A stretch of DNA of 64,000 nucleotides, from positions 1-64,000 of the forward strand of contig JBEUKZ010000108.1 of assembly GCA_048128005.1 (NCBI GenBank). Reading direction: 5' to 3'. The DNA comes from Veleropilina oligotropha (taxonomy: Eukaryota). The translations under genes were made by a program, and so were the position numbers. Shown here piece by piece: positions 41,980 to 53,717 of the stretch (position 1 is the first letter of the stretch; the number at the start of each line of letters is the position of its first letter). The notes beneath the pieces were generated by a model. It did not search any database. It saw only the letters and a list, made by a program, of their open reading frames with translations, and was not told the origin of the DNA.

Positions 41980-42047
<68 letters not shown>
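41960..42047. repeat. (TA)n microsatellite
   Basis: Directly visible. Confidence 0.98.
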
Positions 42048-42050
<3 letters not shown>

Positions 42051-42452
42051 CTGATTATTTTGAAAACTACTGGATCAATTTTCACCAAAATTGGTACACA
42101 CATTCCAAAGAGTATTTGTAGGTCGTGTATATAACTTTCGCGACACAATTTTGCAAAAATATGCATTTATTGAGCACTTTAATCCATATTCGTATGTAAC
42201 TGATGTCTAATATTGCAAGCAAATAGCAATGACGTCATTATGACGTCGCTTTAGATTAATCGTCATTGAGTGACGTCACATTCGACGGGGTAGTAAATTA
42301 AGCCATGATGTACTTGCATTTAGCCATTGTAACGTTATAACTGTTATGAAAATTAGAAATAAAGAAAGGTCAAGACATATTTCGAACGCGTCGTTCTTGT
42401 TTTTATTTCGTTTATCTGATTGAAGCCCTCACAGCTGCTCGCAGCTTTAATT

Positions 42453-44390
42453 TAATATTGAGTTTCTTGTGTGGTGTTGGTGAGAATCTTTAATTCTGAT
42501 GAAGTTTGAATGAAAATATTGAGGAGCAAGATTATGGGTTATTTTGAATACATGATTCAGTTTCAACTGTTGGATTCTGTTTTTGACATTTAACATGTCA
42601 ACAGATTCAAGTTGTAATTGTCCCACATCTGATCTGGAGTCTAACCCAGATATGTATCTTATCATCTTATTCTGCATGATTTTAATTTTTTGTTTGCAGT
42701 GGCCGGGTTGATGTGCCAAAAAACCAGGCAGAGCAACAGTAATCAAACTGACTTTGTATTAGGGCATAACAGAGAGTCTTGCGGGATGTTTCATTCAAGC
42801 AATGTGTATTTCGATATAAAAATTTCAATCTACAATTTGTTTTTTTTATTATGTTATTAATAGTTTCTACTCCAGATAATGATTGGTCGAGATTGACTCA
42901 AAGATATTTTACTGAATTTACTGACTTGATTTCAGTATTATCACAGATGACAGAAAATTCTTTGATTTTTTTCAGCTTTCTTTTTGAGCTAATAAGATGG
43001 ATTCTGTTTTGCCCAAATGCAATGATAATATGGAGAAGGCCCTTGTAAGTTGTTACAACTTTTGCCTCATCCAAAAATTGTACTTTCACAATAAAATACG
43101 TTTAAAGTAAAAGTAATGATAACTTATTGTCTATTAGCCATTCCTTACAAGATGCAAGTTCATTGCTAATTGTATGAGAAATAAGTTGCTGATCTTTGTG
43201 AGAAAACAACAATGCGCTATCGACAGCATATAATAGTAGTTTGCAATTTACACTAATTGACATGTCATTAATATAACAGAGAAAGAGCAGTGGTCCTAAT
43301 ATGCTACCTTGCGGTACACCACATGATATAGACATCAGGTCTGATTTCTCGCCATTTATATCAACTGTTTGTTTTCTATCCTCCAGATATGACCTAAACC
43401 ACTCAACTGAGCCTATCCCCATAGCACGTAGTTTATTACAGAGTATCTGGTGATCAACAGTATCAAAGGCTTTTTGTAAATCGATTAGAACCATGCCAGT
43501 ATAGTTACCTTTTGATGTCTCAGTTCTAATGTAATCGGTGAGGTGAATTAGGCTAGTCTCGGTTGAGTAAGAACCTCTAAATCCGGATTGAAAATGGTAC
43601 AATATATTGTTCTCTTTTAGATACTGTTCAACTTGAACATAGGCAGATCTTTCCAGGATTTAAGAGATGATACACAATACGCTTATTGGTCTGTAGTTTT
43701 CTACTTCCATTCTACTATTCTTTTTATACAATGGTTTAACCCTAGCATGCTTAAACTCACAAGGAACAGTGTTTGTGGATATCGATAAATTAACAATGTG
43801 AGAAATCGGATCTTTAAGAATTTCCGCACCATCTTTTAGGAACTTAGCAGGAATGCCATCAAGACCTACTCCTTTGCAAGGATTAAGTTTATTTAATTCT
43901 TTGAAAATAAATTCCTCAGATACAGGTGAAAGGTTGAAATCATTGTCTTGTACACATTTTTTTCTGTAAAAGTTTGTAAACAGCACAGAATCAGTAGTAA
44001 TTTTGTTAATAATGGTTGGTAGTTTATTAGACAAAACTGATGCCACCGAGGTAAAGAAATTGTTAATGTGGTTGGCTACCCTCTTAGAGTCAAAACACTT
44101 TTCACCATCTATGTTTATTATTAATTTTGATCCATCCTTTGTTTTGTTACTGTAACCCAACGATTTTAGATCTTTCCACAGTTGTTTAGGATTTGATCTA
44201 TATTCGTCAATTTTATGGTTAAAGTATTCACTTTTCCCATTTTTAACATCTCTTTGTATTTGATTTTTAAGTTTACAATACTGTTTGTATGATTCTGCGT
44301 CAGGTTTGTTTTTTAAATATTTGCGATATAATTTGTCACGAAGACGTATATTTATTTGTATTATGTTACTTAATTTTATTTGCAAAATAA
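42453..44390 (-). mobile_element. CR1/L2-group LINE ORF2 pseudogene, 5' part
   Basis: Motifs [54 protein letters not shown] and YAVDS (degenerate YADD); frameshifted. Confidence 0.94.
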
Positions 44391-44627
44391 ACCTTGATTG
44401 ATAATTCAATAAGATTATTAATATTATTGCTTTCAGTATTACATTGTACCATTGTAGTATTTAATCTGTCTGTTCACGCTTCCACCCCCGCCAGTCGCCC
44501 TCCAAAATGCCAAATATTTAAACGCATATTAAAATATTTGACATGGCCAAATGTCAATAAAACAAAAACTGACACAAACGTTATTTATGGCCTCGTTTTG
44601 GAATATACTTCGGAGGTCGGCTTCAAA

Positions 44628-44912
44628 ATGGCGGACGCATTCAAGTATAACTATGCGATTGTTAACAGAATTCCCAACAGTTTTCGGGATAAATCTAATC
44701 GTGGAGGCAGATTAGAAGGTCCAAATAACTTAGAAGCTATTCATTCAGAGTTTAAGACGTACACAGACACTTTAAAGAAATGCAGCGTTCAGGTGATCGA
44801 ACTTCCTTGCGACGAAAACTACCCGGATAGTGGCTTCATCGAGGACTGTGCGGTGGTTATCAACGGTACGGCGCTTATCACCCGACCAGGGGACCCGAAA
44901 CGAAGGGGAGAG
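44628..44912 (+). CDS. DDAH: DDAH-like gene B (predicted pseudoenzyme), coding exon 1
   Basis: Start context caaaATGG. Translates MADAFKYNYAIVNRIPNSF...NYPDSGFIEDCAVVINGTALITRPGDPKRRGE, then donor |gtaaat. Same boundary as gene A exon 1. Confidence 0.93.
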
Positions 44913-46040
44913 GTAAATATTACGATAGCTGTATCCACTGAGCCAATGATGTCACTCTCTTAGACTTGGCAATGAATTATGTTAACGACCATCTGAGTTT
45001 TGACCATTGCCGTAAAGAAGTAAATATTCGAGAAATCGATTCTGGAAGAGAATGATCAATGCTTGTTCCCGATCCACTGATGCACAGGTGGTTGGTTGAG
45101 GAATTTTGATTTTTTAGAAACTTTGTTTTCCGACCAATTTTGATATTATTTAGTCTTATCACAGTCTTAACACCTGGTTTAACTTCTCACTACGATCTGA
45201 CCGACATATTGGGAATATATAATATTATATATCCAATAAGATTCATTAGGTAAATAAATTAAGTTGATCTCATCATGAACATCTATCCAGTGAGACCCTC
45301 CCCCAGCAGACCTCCCCAGATAGATGAGCTATGTCATGAGATGATGACCGCCAGCAGCCCTGCGCCAGGTGGTATTGCAGAACACCACGTTGCAGCGTCA
45401 TATTGCAACCCCCCTGCCCGAAGTAGCCCACCAAACATAGCGGATGAATATGTCAACAAGCAAATACTCGCTTCCGTGACCAGACAAACTCAATTTATTG
45501 AAAAGTTCAACAGATATGCGCTGATTTCAAAGTCACCATAATGACCATTACTACATGGCGTAATAAATGTAAATTGTTGGTCTTCGTTCATTGAGAAAAA
45601 TGTAGTAAACATGTCTAAAGATTGGATTAGACATAAAGGGAGCTGTGAATAATAAAGTGCCCATCGTCTTTCACAGATTGTTTCAAACTTTGGCATATGG
45701 TTGGAAAAAGTGACTAATGCTATAAATATGTACATGCAATAAGATAGGGTGAGTGTGGACAGTGTTTCACATGATCTGCATTTCATTGCATCAAAACAAA
45801 AAAGAAACGTATTGTCATGTAAATTGCTATATATACGTAGCATATTAAATATGATCTATGTTCAAATTGCTTTGTTAGTGCAGAATTACAGATCCGATAG
45901 CTTTATATTCGCTATTATTGACAATGTCTAGACTCTTAGGCTGTGTTCCCACCGAGTTTGAAGTTATCTATGGGTAAAATTTAATCTGATGCAGTTTTCA
46001 CCAAACGTTAAAACGACCAGCTTATAATTGTTGGCAACTT

Positions 46041-46262
46041 GCCGGTTAGTGTTGCGGATTAGATAACAGATGGCGACACAGTAGTGGGTTAAAAACACAG
46101 CTGGGATAGCACACATTTGTTCAAGTTACGAATCACAGTTGTCCGTAACTGGTCGGAGAGGGCGGGTTTCCCCGGTCGACCAGGCTTTCGTCCCACGATA
46201 ATACGGACATGGCCTGCTTTGAACCAAATGATGGTTGGAAATATACAGGACATTAAGCATCG
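46041..46262 (+). mobile_element. SINE copy, same family
   Basis: Matches the reverse complement of 56094-56290. Confidence 0.8.
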
Positions 46263-47269
46263 ATCCTTTCCTTTCCTAGCTAGTGCTTATACTGCATTCT
46301 TTAAGATATCTGAAAAAATTTGGATATTTTGTCTTTAAAACGTTGATTGTGGAGTACTACCTAAAAATCGCCAAATGATCCCAATAAAAATACTATTATA
46401 TTGATATCATGAAAGTCAGTTCATATTATATTAAAGAGTGCATTTGATGTTTCTCTGAGGATCATGTAGCAGGACATGCATTATTTATAGTTGTTCCCTG
46501 GCTGCAGGATCTGCCTCTCCTTCCTTCCTGCTGAGTGCTCCGGGTCATGTGACCTCACACAGCTCCGTAACCAGTCATTGTAGTGTTATGTATTCTAGCC
46601 TTTGACTAGAGGGCAATTGACTTTCGTTAGACTCCTGAGGCCAGCTCCTGTACCATATTGAATGACGCATAGAATACTGTAGACAGTAGTGTTCCTCTAC
46701 TGAATGGTTGACTGCACCTTTTTATGAATCAATCTGCTCTAGACTAGATGAAATTTACTACATGCTATTATGACGATATTATGACGATGGATTAATATTG
46801 CTATATCTTTGGTAACATTCACTATAAAAAACCAAAGTCGACATCATTAATTCAAACCTGTAAAGTCTCAAGTCATGCAAGTCAGCGTAATAGAAATTGT
46901 GGGACTACCAACAAATTATATTTAATATGGCACCCTTAAACTTTTCTAATGACAAGCGAGTATTTTAAGGTAAACACATCGTTATGTTTTATGAATATTA
47001 AAAAAAAAATATATGTCTCGCTCGCTAACAATCTTTCATATTGCTGAAACTTGCTAAAATGGTTAACGAAGGAACAGTGACGAAGCGTTTTCATTTCCGC
47101 AATGATGTTCACCATTTCGACGATTTCTAGCTGGGCATGCCATTGAAACAAATTTCTTGATCAAACATTGAGCTCATCTGGATCATACATTTTCATAATA
47201 TAATGTGAGATATCATTTAATTATTACACAGACTCCAAATATCCGTTCTTCATTCTCACAGACTCTTTC

Positions 47270-47880
47270 ACACGGACTGGGGAGTACATGTGTCATATCC
47301 TCTTTGAGCACATGTTGATTAAGGCGATATCATGTACACAGACTTGGGAGTCCCGATGTCATTTCCTCTTTGAGCACTGAGCACATGTTGATTATTTAAA
47401 GGCGGTATGATATACAGTATCATGAACACAAGGCGATATCATGTACACAGACTTGGGAGTACCTGTGTCGTATCGTCTTTGAGCACATGTTGATTAAGGC
47501 GATATCATGTACACAAGACTTGGGAGTCCCGATATTGTTTCGTCTTTGAGCACTGAGCACATGTTGATTATTTAAAGGTGGTATGATATATCACGAACAC
47601 AGACTGGGGAGTACCTGTGTCATTTCCTATTTGAGCACTGAGCACATGTTGATTAAGGCGATATCAGGTACACTTACTCCGGAGTCTACATATAATCCTT
47701 TCCTCTTTGGTTAAGGCGATACACACTTTGAGTATATATATATATATATATATATATAATCTTTTCCTTTTCAGTTTGGTTATAACGATATCATGTACAC
47801 ACTTTGAGTATATATATATATATATATATATATAATCTTTTCCTTTTCAGTTTGGTTATAGCGATATCATGTACACATGC
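47270..47880. repeat. Degenerate tandem repeats (GCGATATCATGTACAC / TTTGAGCACATGTTGATTA) in gene B intron 1
   Basis: Several 60-90 bp imperfect units ending just upstream of the exon-2 acceptor. Confidence 0.8.
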
Positions 47881-47919
47881 TCCGCAGCATATATTATAAT
47901 ATAATTCATTCCTATTCAG

Positions 47920-48022
47920 GTTTCACAGATACGGCATCAGCTGAGGAATGAATTCTCATTTAAAATTGCTGAAATTGAAGACTCGGCGGGGACCGTGGAC
48001 GGCGGAGACGTCTTGTTCACAG
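47920..48022 (+). CDS. DDAH: DDAH-like gene B, coding exon 2
   Basis: Acceptor cctattcag|, then VSQIRHQLRNEFSFKIAEIEDSAGTVDGGDVLFT(G), then donor |gtgaga; 103 nt, phase 0 to 1. Confidence 0.95.
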
Positions 48023-48426
48023 GTGAGAACCAATAAGATATTATTTTTTCAAGCTTTATGAATATTTTGCCTAGTAACGCTTCTTTTATGACATTACCTG
48101 TCCAATGGCTGTTTAATGCATGCTCAAACGGACACTCAACTATTATGATGCACAACTTTAGCAACTGAAATGGCACGAAGTCTTTCGCTCTATCAATAAT
48201 TGTATAGAAGAATTAATTGTCATGATTTATGCAAACTCCAGAGTATTTGTTAATAAATAGTCTTCATGTGTGTAAATGTTATTTATCGTAACCAGAGTTA
48301 CCTCCCATTACTTGCAAAAGTGCAACATTATTTGCAATCATAAGAAATTTCATTGTTAAAGTTAAAATCATAATTAATGATGTTTGCCATCCTGTTTAAT
48401 TTGCATATATTTCTCTCTTTTTTCAG

Positions 48427-48620
48427 GGAAAGAAATATTTGTTGGCATGACTAAAAACACCAATGCACTCGGGGCTCAGTCGGTCGCGAAAGCATTCCCA
48501 GAATACACCGTGTCCATGATTAGAATTGAAGGAAAACAGAATTTAAAATACTACGTGTCAATGGCCGGGACAAACATCATGGCTGTGGGGATGAGTATGG
48601 AGGCCAAGAAGGTCATGGCG
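48427..48620 (+). CDS. DDAH: DDAH-like gene B, coding exon 3
   Basis: Acceptor ttttcag|, then (G)KEIFVGMTKNTNALGAQSVAKAFPEYTVSMIRIEGKQNLKYYVSMAGTNIMAVGMSMEAKKVMA, then donor |gtgagt. 194 nt, the same length as gene A exon 3, which fixes the first donor as the real one. Confidence 0.92.
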
Positions 48621-51600
48621 GTGAGTGTCCCAACATCATGGCCGTGGTGATGAGTATGGAGGCCAAGAAGGTCTTGGCGGTGAGTGTCGTGGGGATGAGT
48701 ATGGAGGCCAAGAAGGTCATGGCGGTGAGTGTCCCAACATCATGGCCGTGGGGATGAGTATGGAGGCCAAGAAGGTCTTGGCGGTGAGTGTCGTGGGGAT
48801 GAGTATGGAGGCCAAGAAGGTCATGGCGGTGAGTGCTGTGGGGATGAGTATGGAGGCCAAGAAGGTCATGGCAGTGAGTGTCGTGGGGATGAGTATGGAG
48901 GCCAAGAAGGTCATGGCGGTGAGTGCTGTGTGGATGAGTATGGAGGCCAAGAAGGTCTTGGCGGTGAGTGTCGTGGGGATGAGTATGGAGGCCAAGAAGG
49001 TCATGGCGGTGAGTGTCGTGGGGATGAGTATGGAGGCCAAGAAGGTCATGGCCGTGGGGATGAGTATGGAGGCCAAGAAGGTCATGGCGGTGAGTGTCCC
49101 AACATCATGGCCGTGGGGATTAGTATGGAGGCCAAGAAGGTCATGGCGGTGAGTGTCCCAACATCATGGCCGTGGGGATGAGTATGGAGGCCAAGAAGGT
49201 CATGGCGGTGAGTGTCCCAACATCATGGCCGTGGGGATGAGTATGGAGGCCAAGAAGGTCATAGCGGTGAGTGTCGTGGGGATGAGTATGGAGGCCAAGA
49301 AGGTCATGGCCGTGGGGATGAGTATGGAGGCCAAGAAGGTCATGGCGGTGAGTATCATGGGGATGAGTATGGAGGCCAAGAAGGTCATGGCGGTGAGTAT
49401 CATGGGGATGAGTATGGAGGCCAAGAAGGTCTTGGCGGTGAGTGTCGTGGGGATGAGTATGGAGGCCAAGAAGGTCTTGGCGGTGAGTGTCGTGGGGATG
49501 AGTATGGAGGCCAAGAAGGTCATGACAGTGAGTGTCATGGGGATGAGTATGGAGGCCAAGAAGGTCATGACGGTGAGTGTCGTGGGGATGAGTATGGCGG
49601 CCAAGAAGGTCATGACGGTGAGTGTCGTGGGGATGAGTATGGAGGCCAAGAAGGTCTTGGCGGTGAGTGTCGTGGGGCTGAGTATGGAGGCCAAGAAGGT
49701 CATGGCGGTGAGTGTCGTGGGGATGAGTATGGAGGCCAAGAAGGTCATGGCGGTGAGTGTCCCAACATCATGGCCGTGGGGATGAGTATGAAGGCCAAGA
49801 AGGTCATGGCGGTGAGTGTTGTGGGGATGAGTATGGAGGCCAAGAAGGTCATGGCGGTGAGTGTTGTGGGGATGAGTATGGAGGCCAAGAAGGTCATGGC
49901 GGTGAGTGTCCCAACATCATGGCCGTGGGGATTAGTATGGAGGCCAAGAAGGTCATGGCGGTGAGTGTCCCAACATCATGGCCGTGGGGATGAGTATGAA
50001 GGCCAAGAAGGTCATGGCGGTGAGTGTTGTGGGGATGAGTATGGAGGCCAAGAAGGTCATGGCGGTGAGTGTCGTGGGGATGAGTATGGAGGCAGAGAAG
50101 GTCATGGCGGTGAGTGCTGTGGGGATGAGTATGGAGGCCAAGAAGGTCATGGCGGTGAGTGCTGTGTGGATGAGTATGGAGGCCAAGAAGGTCTTGGCGG
50201 TGAGTGTCGTGGGGATGAGTATGGAGGCCAAGAAGGTCATGGCGGTGAGTGTCGTGGGGATGAGTATGGAGGCCAAGAAGGTCATGGCCGTGGGGATGAG
50301 TATGGAGGCCAAGAAGGTCATGGCGGTGAGTGTCCCAACATCATGGCCGTGGGGATTAGTATGGAGGCCAAGAAGGTCATGGCGGTGAGTGTCCCAACAT
50401 CATGGCCGTGGGGATGAGTATGGAGGCCAAGAAGGTCATGGCGGTGAGTGTCCCAACATCATGGCCGTGGGGATGAGTATGGAGGCCAAGAAGGTCATAG
50501 CGGTGAGTGTCGTGGGGATGAGTATGGAGGCCAAGAAGGTCATGGCCGTGGGGATGAGTATGGAGGCCAAGAAGGTCATGGCGGTGAGTATCATGGGGAT
50601 GAGTATGGAGGCCAAGAAGGTCATGGCGGTGAGTATCATGGGGATGAGTATGGAGGCCAAGAAGGTCTTGGCGGTGAGTGTCGTGGGGATGAGTATGGAG
50701 GCCAAGAAGGTCATGACAGTGAGTGTCGTGGGGATGAGTATGGAGGCCAAGAAGGTCTTGGCGGTGAGTTTCGTGGGGATGAGTATGGAGGCCAAGAAGG
50801 TCATGACAGTGAGTGTCGTGGGGATGAGTATGGAGGCCAAGAAGGTCATGACGGTGAGTGTCGTGGGGATGAGTATGGAGGCCAAGAAGGTCATGACGGT
50901 GAGTGTCGTGGGGATGAGTATGGAGGCCAAGAAGGTCTTGGCGGTGAGTGTCGTGGGGCTGAGTATGGAGGCCAAGAAGGTCATGGCGGTGAGTGTCGTG
51001 GGGATGAGTATAGAGGCCAAGAAGGTCATGGCGGTGAGTGTCCCAACATCATGGCCGTGGGGATGAGTATGAAGGCCAAGAAGGTCATGGCGGTGAGTAT
51101 GGAGGCCAAGAAGGTCATGGCGGTGAGTGTTGTGGGGATGAGTATGGAGGCCAAGAAGGTCATGGCGGTGAGTGTCCCAACATCATGGCCGTGGGGATGA
51201 GTATGGAGGCAGAGAAGGTCATGGCGGTGAGTGCTGTGGGGATGAGTATGGAGGCCAAGAAGGTCATGGCGGTGAGTGTCATGGGGATGAGTATGGAGGC
51301 CAAGAAGGTCATGGCGGTGAGTGTCGTGGGGATGAGTATGGAGGCCAAGAAGGTCTTGGCGGTGAGTGTCATGGGGATGAGTATGGAGGCCAAGAAGGTC
51401 ATGGCGGTGAGTGTTGTGGGGATGAGTATGGAGGCCAAGAAGGTCATGTCGGTGAGTGTCCCAACATCATGGCCGTGGGGATGAGTATGGAGGCCAAGAA
51501 GGTCATGGCGGTGAGTGTCGTGGGGATGAGTATGGAGGCCAAGAAGGTCTTGGCGGTGAGTGTCGTGGGGATGAGTATGGACGCCAAGGTCATGGCGGTG

Positions 51601-51940
51601 AGTGTCGTCGGGATGAGTATGGAGGCCAAGAAGGTCTTGGCGGTGAGTGTCGTGGGGATGAGTATGGAGGCCAAGAAGGTCTTGGCGGTGAGTGTCGTGG
51701 GGATGAGTATGGAGGCCAAGAAGGTCATGACGGTGAGTGTCGTGGGGATGAGTATGGAGGCCAAGAAGGTCATGGCGGTGAGTGTCGTGGGGATGAGTAT
51801 AGAGGCCAAGAAGGTCATGACGGTGAGTGTTGTGGGGATGAGTATGGAGGCCAAGAAGGTCATGGCGGTGAGTGTCATGGGGATAAGTATGGAGGCCAAG
51901 AAGGTCATGACGGTGAGTGTCGTGGGGATGCGTATGGAGA
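48571..51940 (+). repeat. About 70 tandem copies (45-bp core, 59- and 36-bp variants) of the gene B exon-3 3' end plus its donor site
   Basis: Unit GTGGGGATGAGTATGGAGGCCAAGAAGGTCATGGCG|GTGAGTGTC; the first copy is the coding exon end itself. Confidence 0.97.
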
Positions 51941-52043
51941 TGTGTACACATCGCTGTGTGGTACCATCGACTTTTACATATTTTCCCGTCTGCCCCATCA
52001 CAATCACTGTGAGTCTCGTTACAGTTATGACTTATCGTTGTAG

Positions 52044-52175
52044 TCGATCAAAAGTCAGGCGACCTACACGTACACGGTGATGACCTTGGACATCGACTCT
52101 GCCGCAAACATGCTCTTTGTTAACGGGTGTCTCGTGCATCGGTCTAGAGACGAAATAAAGGAACAGTCACACAGC
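52044..52175 (+). CDS. DDAH: DDAH-like gene B, coding exon 4
   Basis: Acceptor cgttgtag|, then SIKSQATYTYTVMTLDIDSAANMLFVNGCLVHRSRDEIKEQSHS, then donor |gtaagt. Aligns to gene A exon 4; phase 0/0. Confidence 0.92.
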
Positions 52176-53474
52176 GTAAGTATATGTGTTGAAGACTGAC
52201 AAAAGATAACTCACACAGGGTCGTAATTGTAGACACCTTTATAAATCGGTGATGGTTACCCCTTTGAGGTGATATTTCTGTTTCAAGTAGCAAACAGCAA
52301 AAGGAATATTAGTTTCATTTTCAATTCCGAAATCGTTAAAAAGTATGTTACAAATGAAACAATCTATTTTCTGAGGTTTGCTAATGGTCTTTTCATTTTT
52401 AAGGCTATTAGTACTACATATTTAGGGCTCGAAATAAGCATGGTTTTACTGGCCTCAAACCAGTGGACCATTGATTTTACAATACCTGCTTACTATTAAT
52501 TGTTATCACACCCATTAGTTCATTGTAAAGTTATTATTATAGCCTAATAATATAATATTCATCATTACTTTATGACCAGTAAATTTTAAATTTAACCTGT
52601 GTTTAAAATTTCTGGTGGTCCATTGGACCAGTGGTTTTAAATTTGTATTTCTAGCGCTGATATCGATCACATCAGTTCGCCCCAGACATTGTAAATAAAT
52701 GTGGTACACGTTTCTAATTTGGGTGTATTTTCGCAACACAATTCCATCTAAAGTGTTGATTATTTTGTATATATTCGATTGCCGGTGGTAAGTTTATTGT
52801 AGCATTAGAGGTATAACATGGAATTTGTCAAATAGTTTTGAACTTTGGAATTGATTTGCATTGGCGAAAATTAAGTGCATGAAACTTGATAGACTTCAGA
52901 CTGGAATGGTTTTGTCTTGATGGTAATATTTGCTTTGTGTGAAAATCTGGAGAATACTGAAAAAACTGAAGAAGTGTAAACAGCATCTTGTAGTTTGTCA
53001 TTTTTTGCTACTTTTTATAATGAACATGCATGTAAATAGTTATGCAGTGGTCAAGATAATTTGTCCACTACAAACCAGTGTGTTTTAACATTAGAACCTA
53101 TCAAAAATTAAAATGGTTTACGTCGGATTACTTTGTTTTTCAATGCATCCATATACTGTTCTTCATGGCAGAAGGGGGGGGCCATAAATTTTTTTGACAA
53201 TGTTCAGCAACTTCATTTATTGAAAGTCTGTAAGCAAATTAATGTTCGTTTGGACCATGGTTGGACAATGGTTGGACCTCCTCTGTTAAATATATGAAAA
53301 CTATGTATTACGAATAGTTCTTTCCACATGTTATTATAAGATAGCTGGCAATGAAAGTGTTACAACTGGCCAACAAACACACAAGAACAAAATGAAACAA
53401 TAAACCATATATATCCATGTTTAACTCATCAAATTTTGTGTGAGATTGAACATCACCTTTAACTTGTGACCACT

Positions 53475-53717
53475 CCGCCAGTCGTGAGGCTTCGGTTGCA
53501 GACTCTGAAACTACTGGCTTCATTCCGCTGACACGAACAGTCGTGGGTTCGAATCTCGGTGGGGACAGTGATATTATTTGTTCAGTTATGAATCACATTA
53601 GTTTGTAATTCGTTGGAGAGGTCGAGTTTCCTCGGGCGACCGGGATTTCTTCCCACGATAATATGGACATGTCCTGCTTTGAACCTGATGGTTGTAAATA
53701 TACAGGCCATTAAGCAA
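53475..53717 (+). mobile_element. SINE copy, same family
   Basis: B box GGGTTCGAATC, then the shared core and the GGACATGTCCTGCTTTGAACC tail. Confidence 0.8.

Larger units (their letters stand above)
37551..42452 (+). mobile_element. Helentron-associated non-autonomous element (HINE-like) with nested insertions
   Basis: 5' hairpin TAGGGCTTCAAGC...GCTTGAAGCCCTA; 3' subterminal repeat TTGAAGCCCT plus AGCTGC-TC-GCAGCT hairpin; inserted at TT with no TSD; internal duplications. Confidence 0.75.

Noticed and set aside
44394..44627. 78-codon N-terminal extension of gene B in the ORF track
   Set aside because: Starts at a TTG beside LINE sequence. DDAH homology and a strong caaaATGG context begin at 44628.
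48625..52080. Long Gly/His/Glu-rich (GDEYGGQEGHGGEC) and MSMEAKKV repeat ORFs as a real repetitive protein
   Set aside because: They are alternative frames of the intronic 45-bp array. The gene frame stops at 48648-48650, the 59-bp units keep shifting frame, and exon 3 splices in phase to exon 4.
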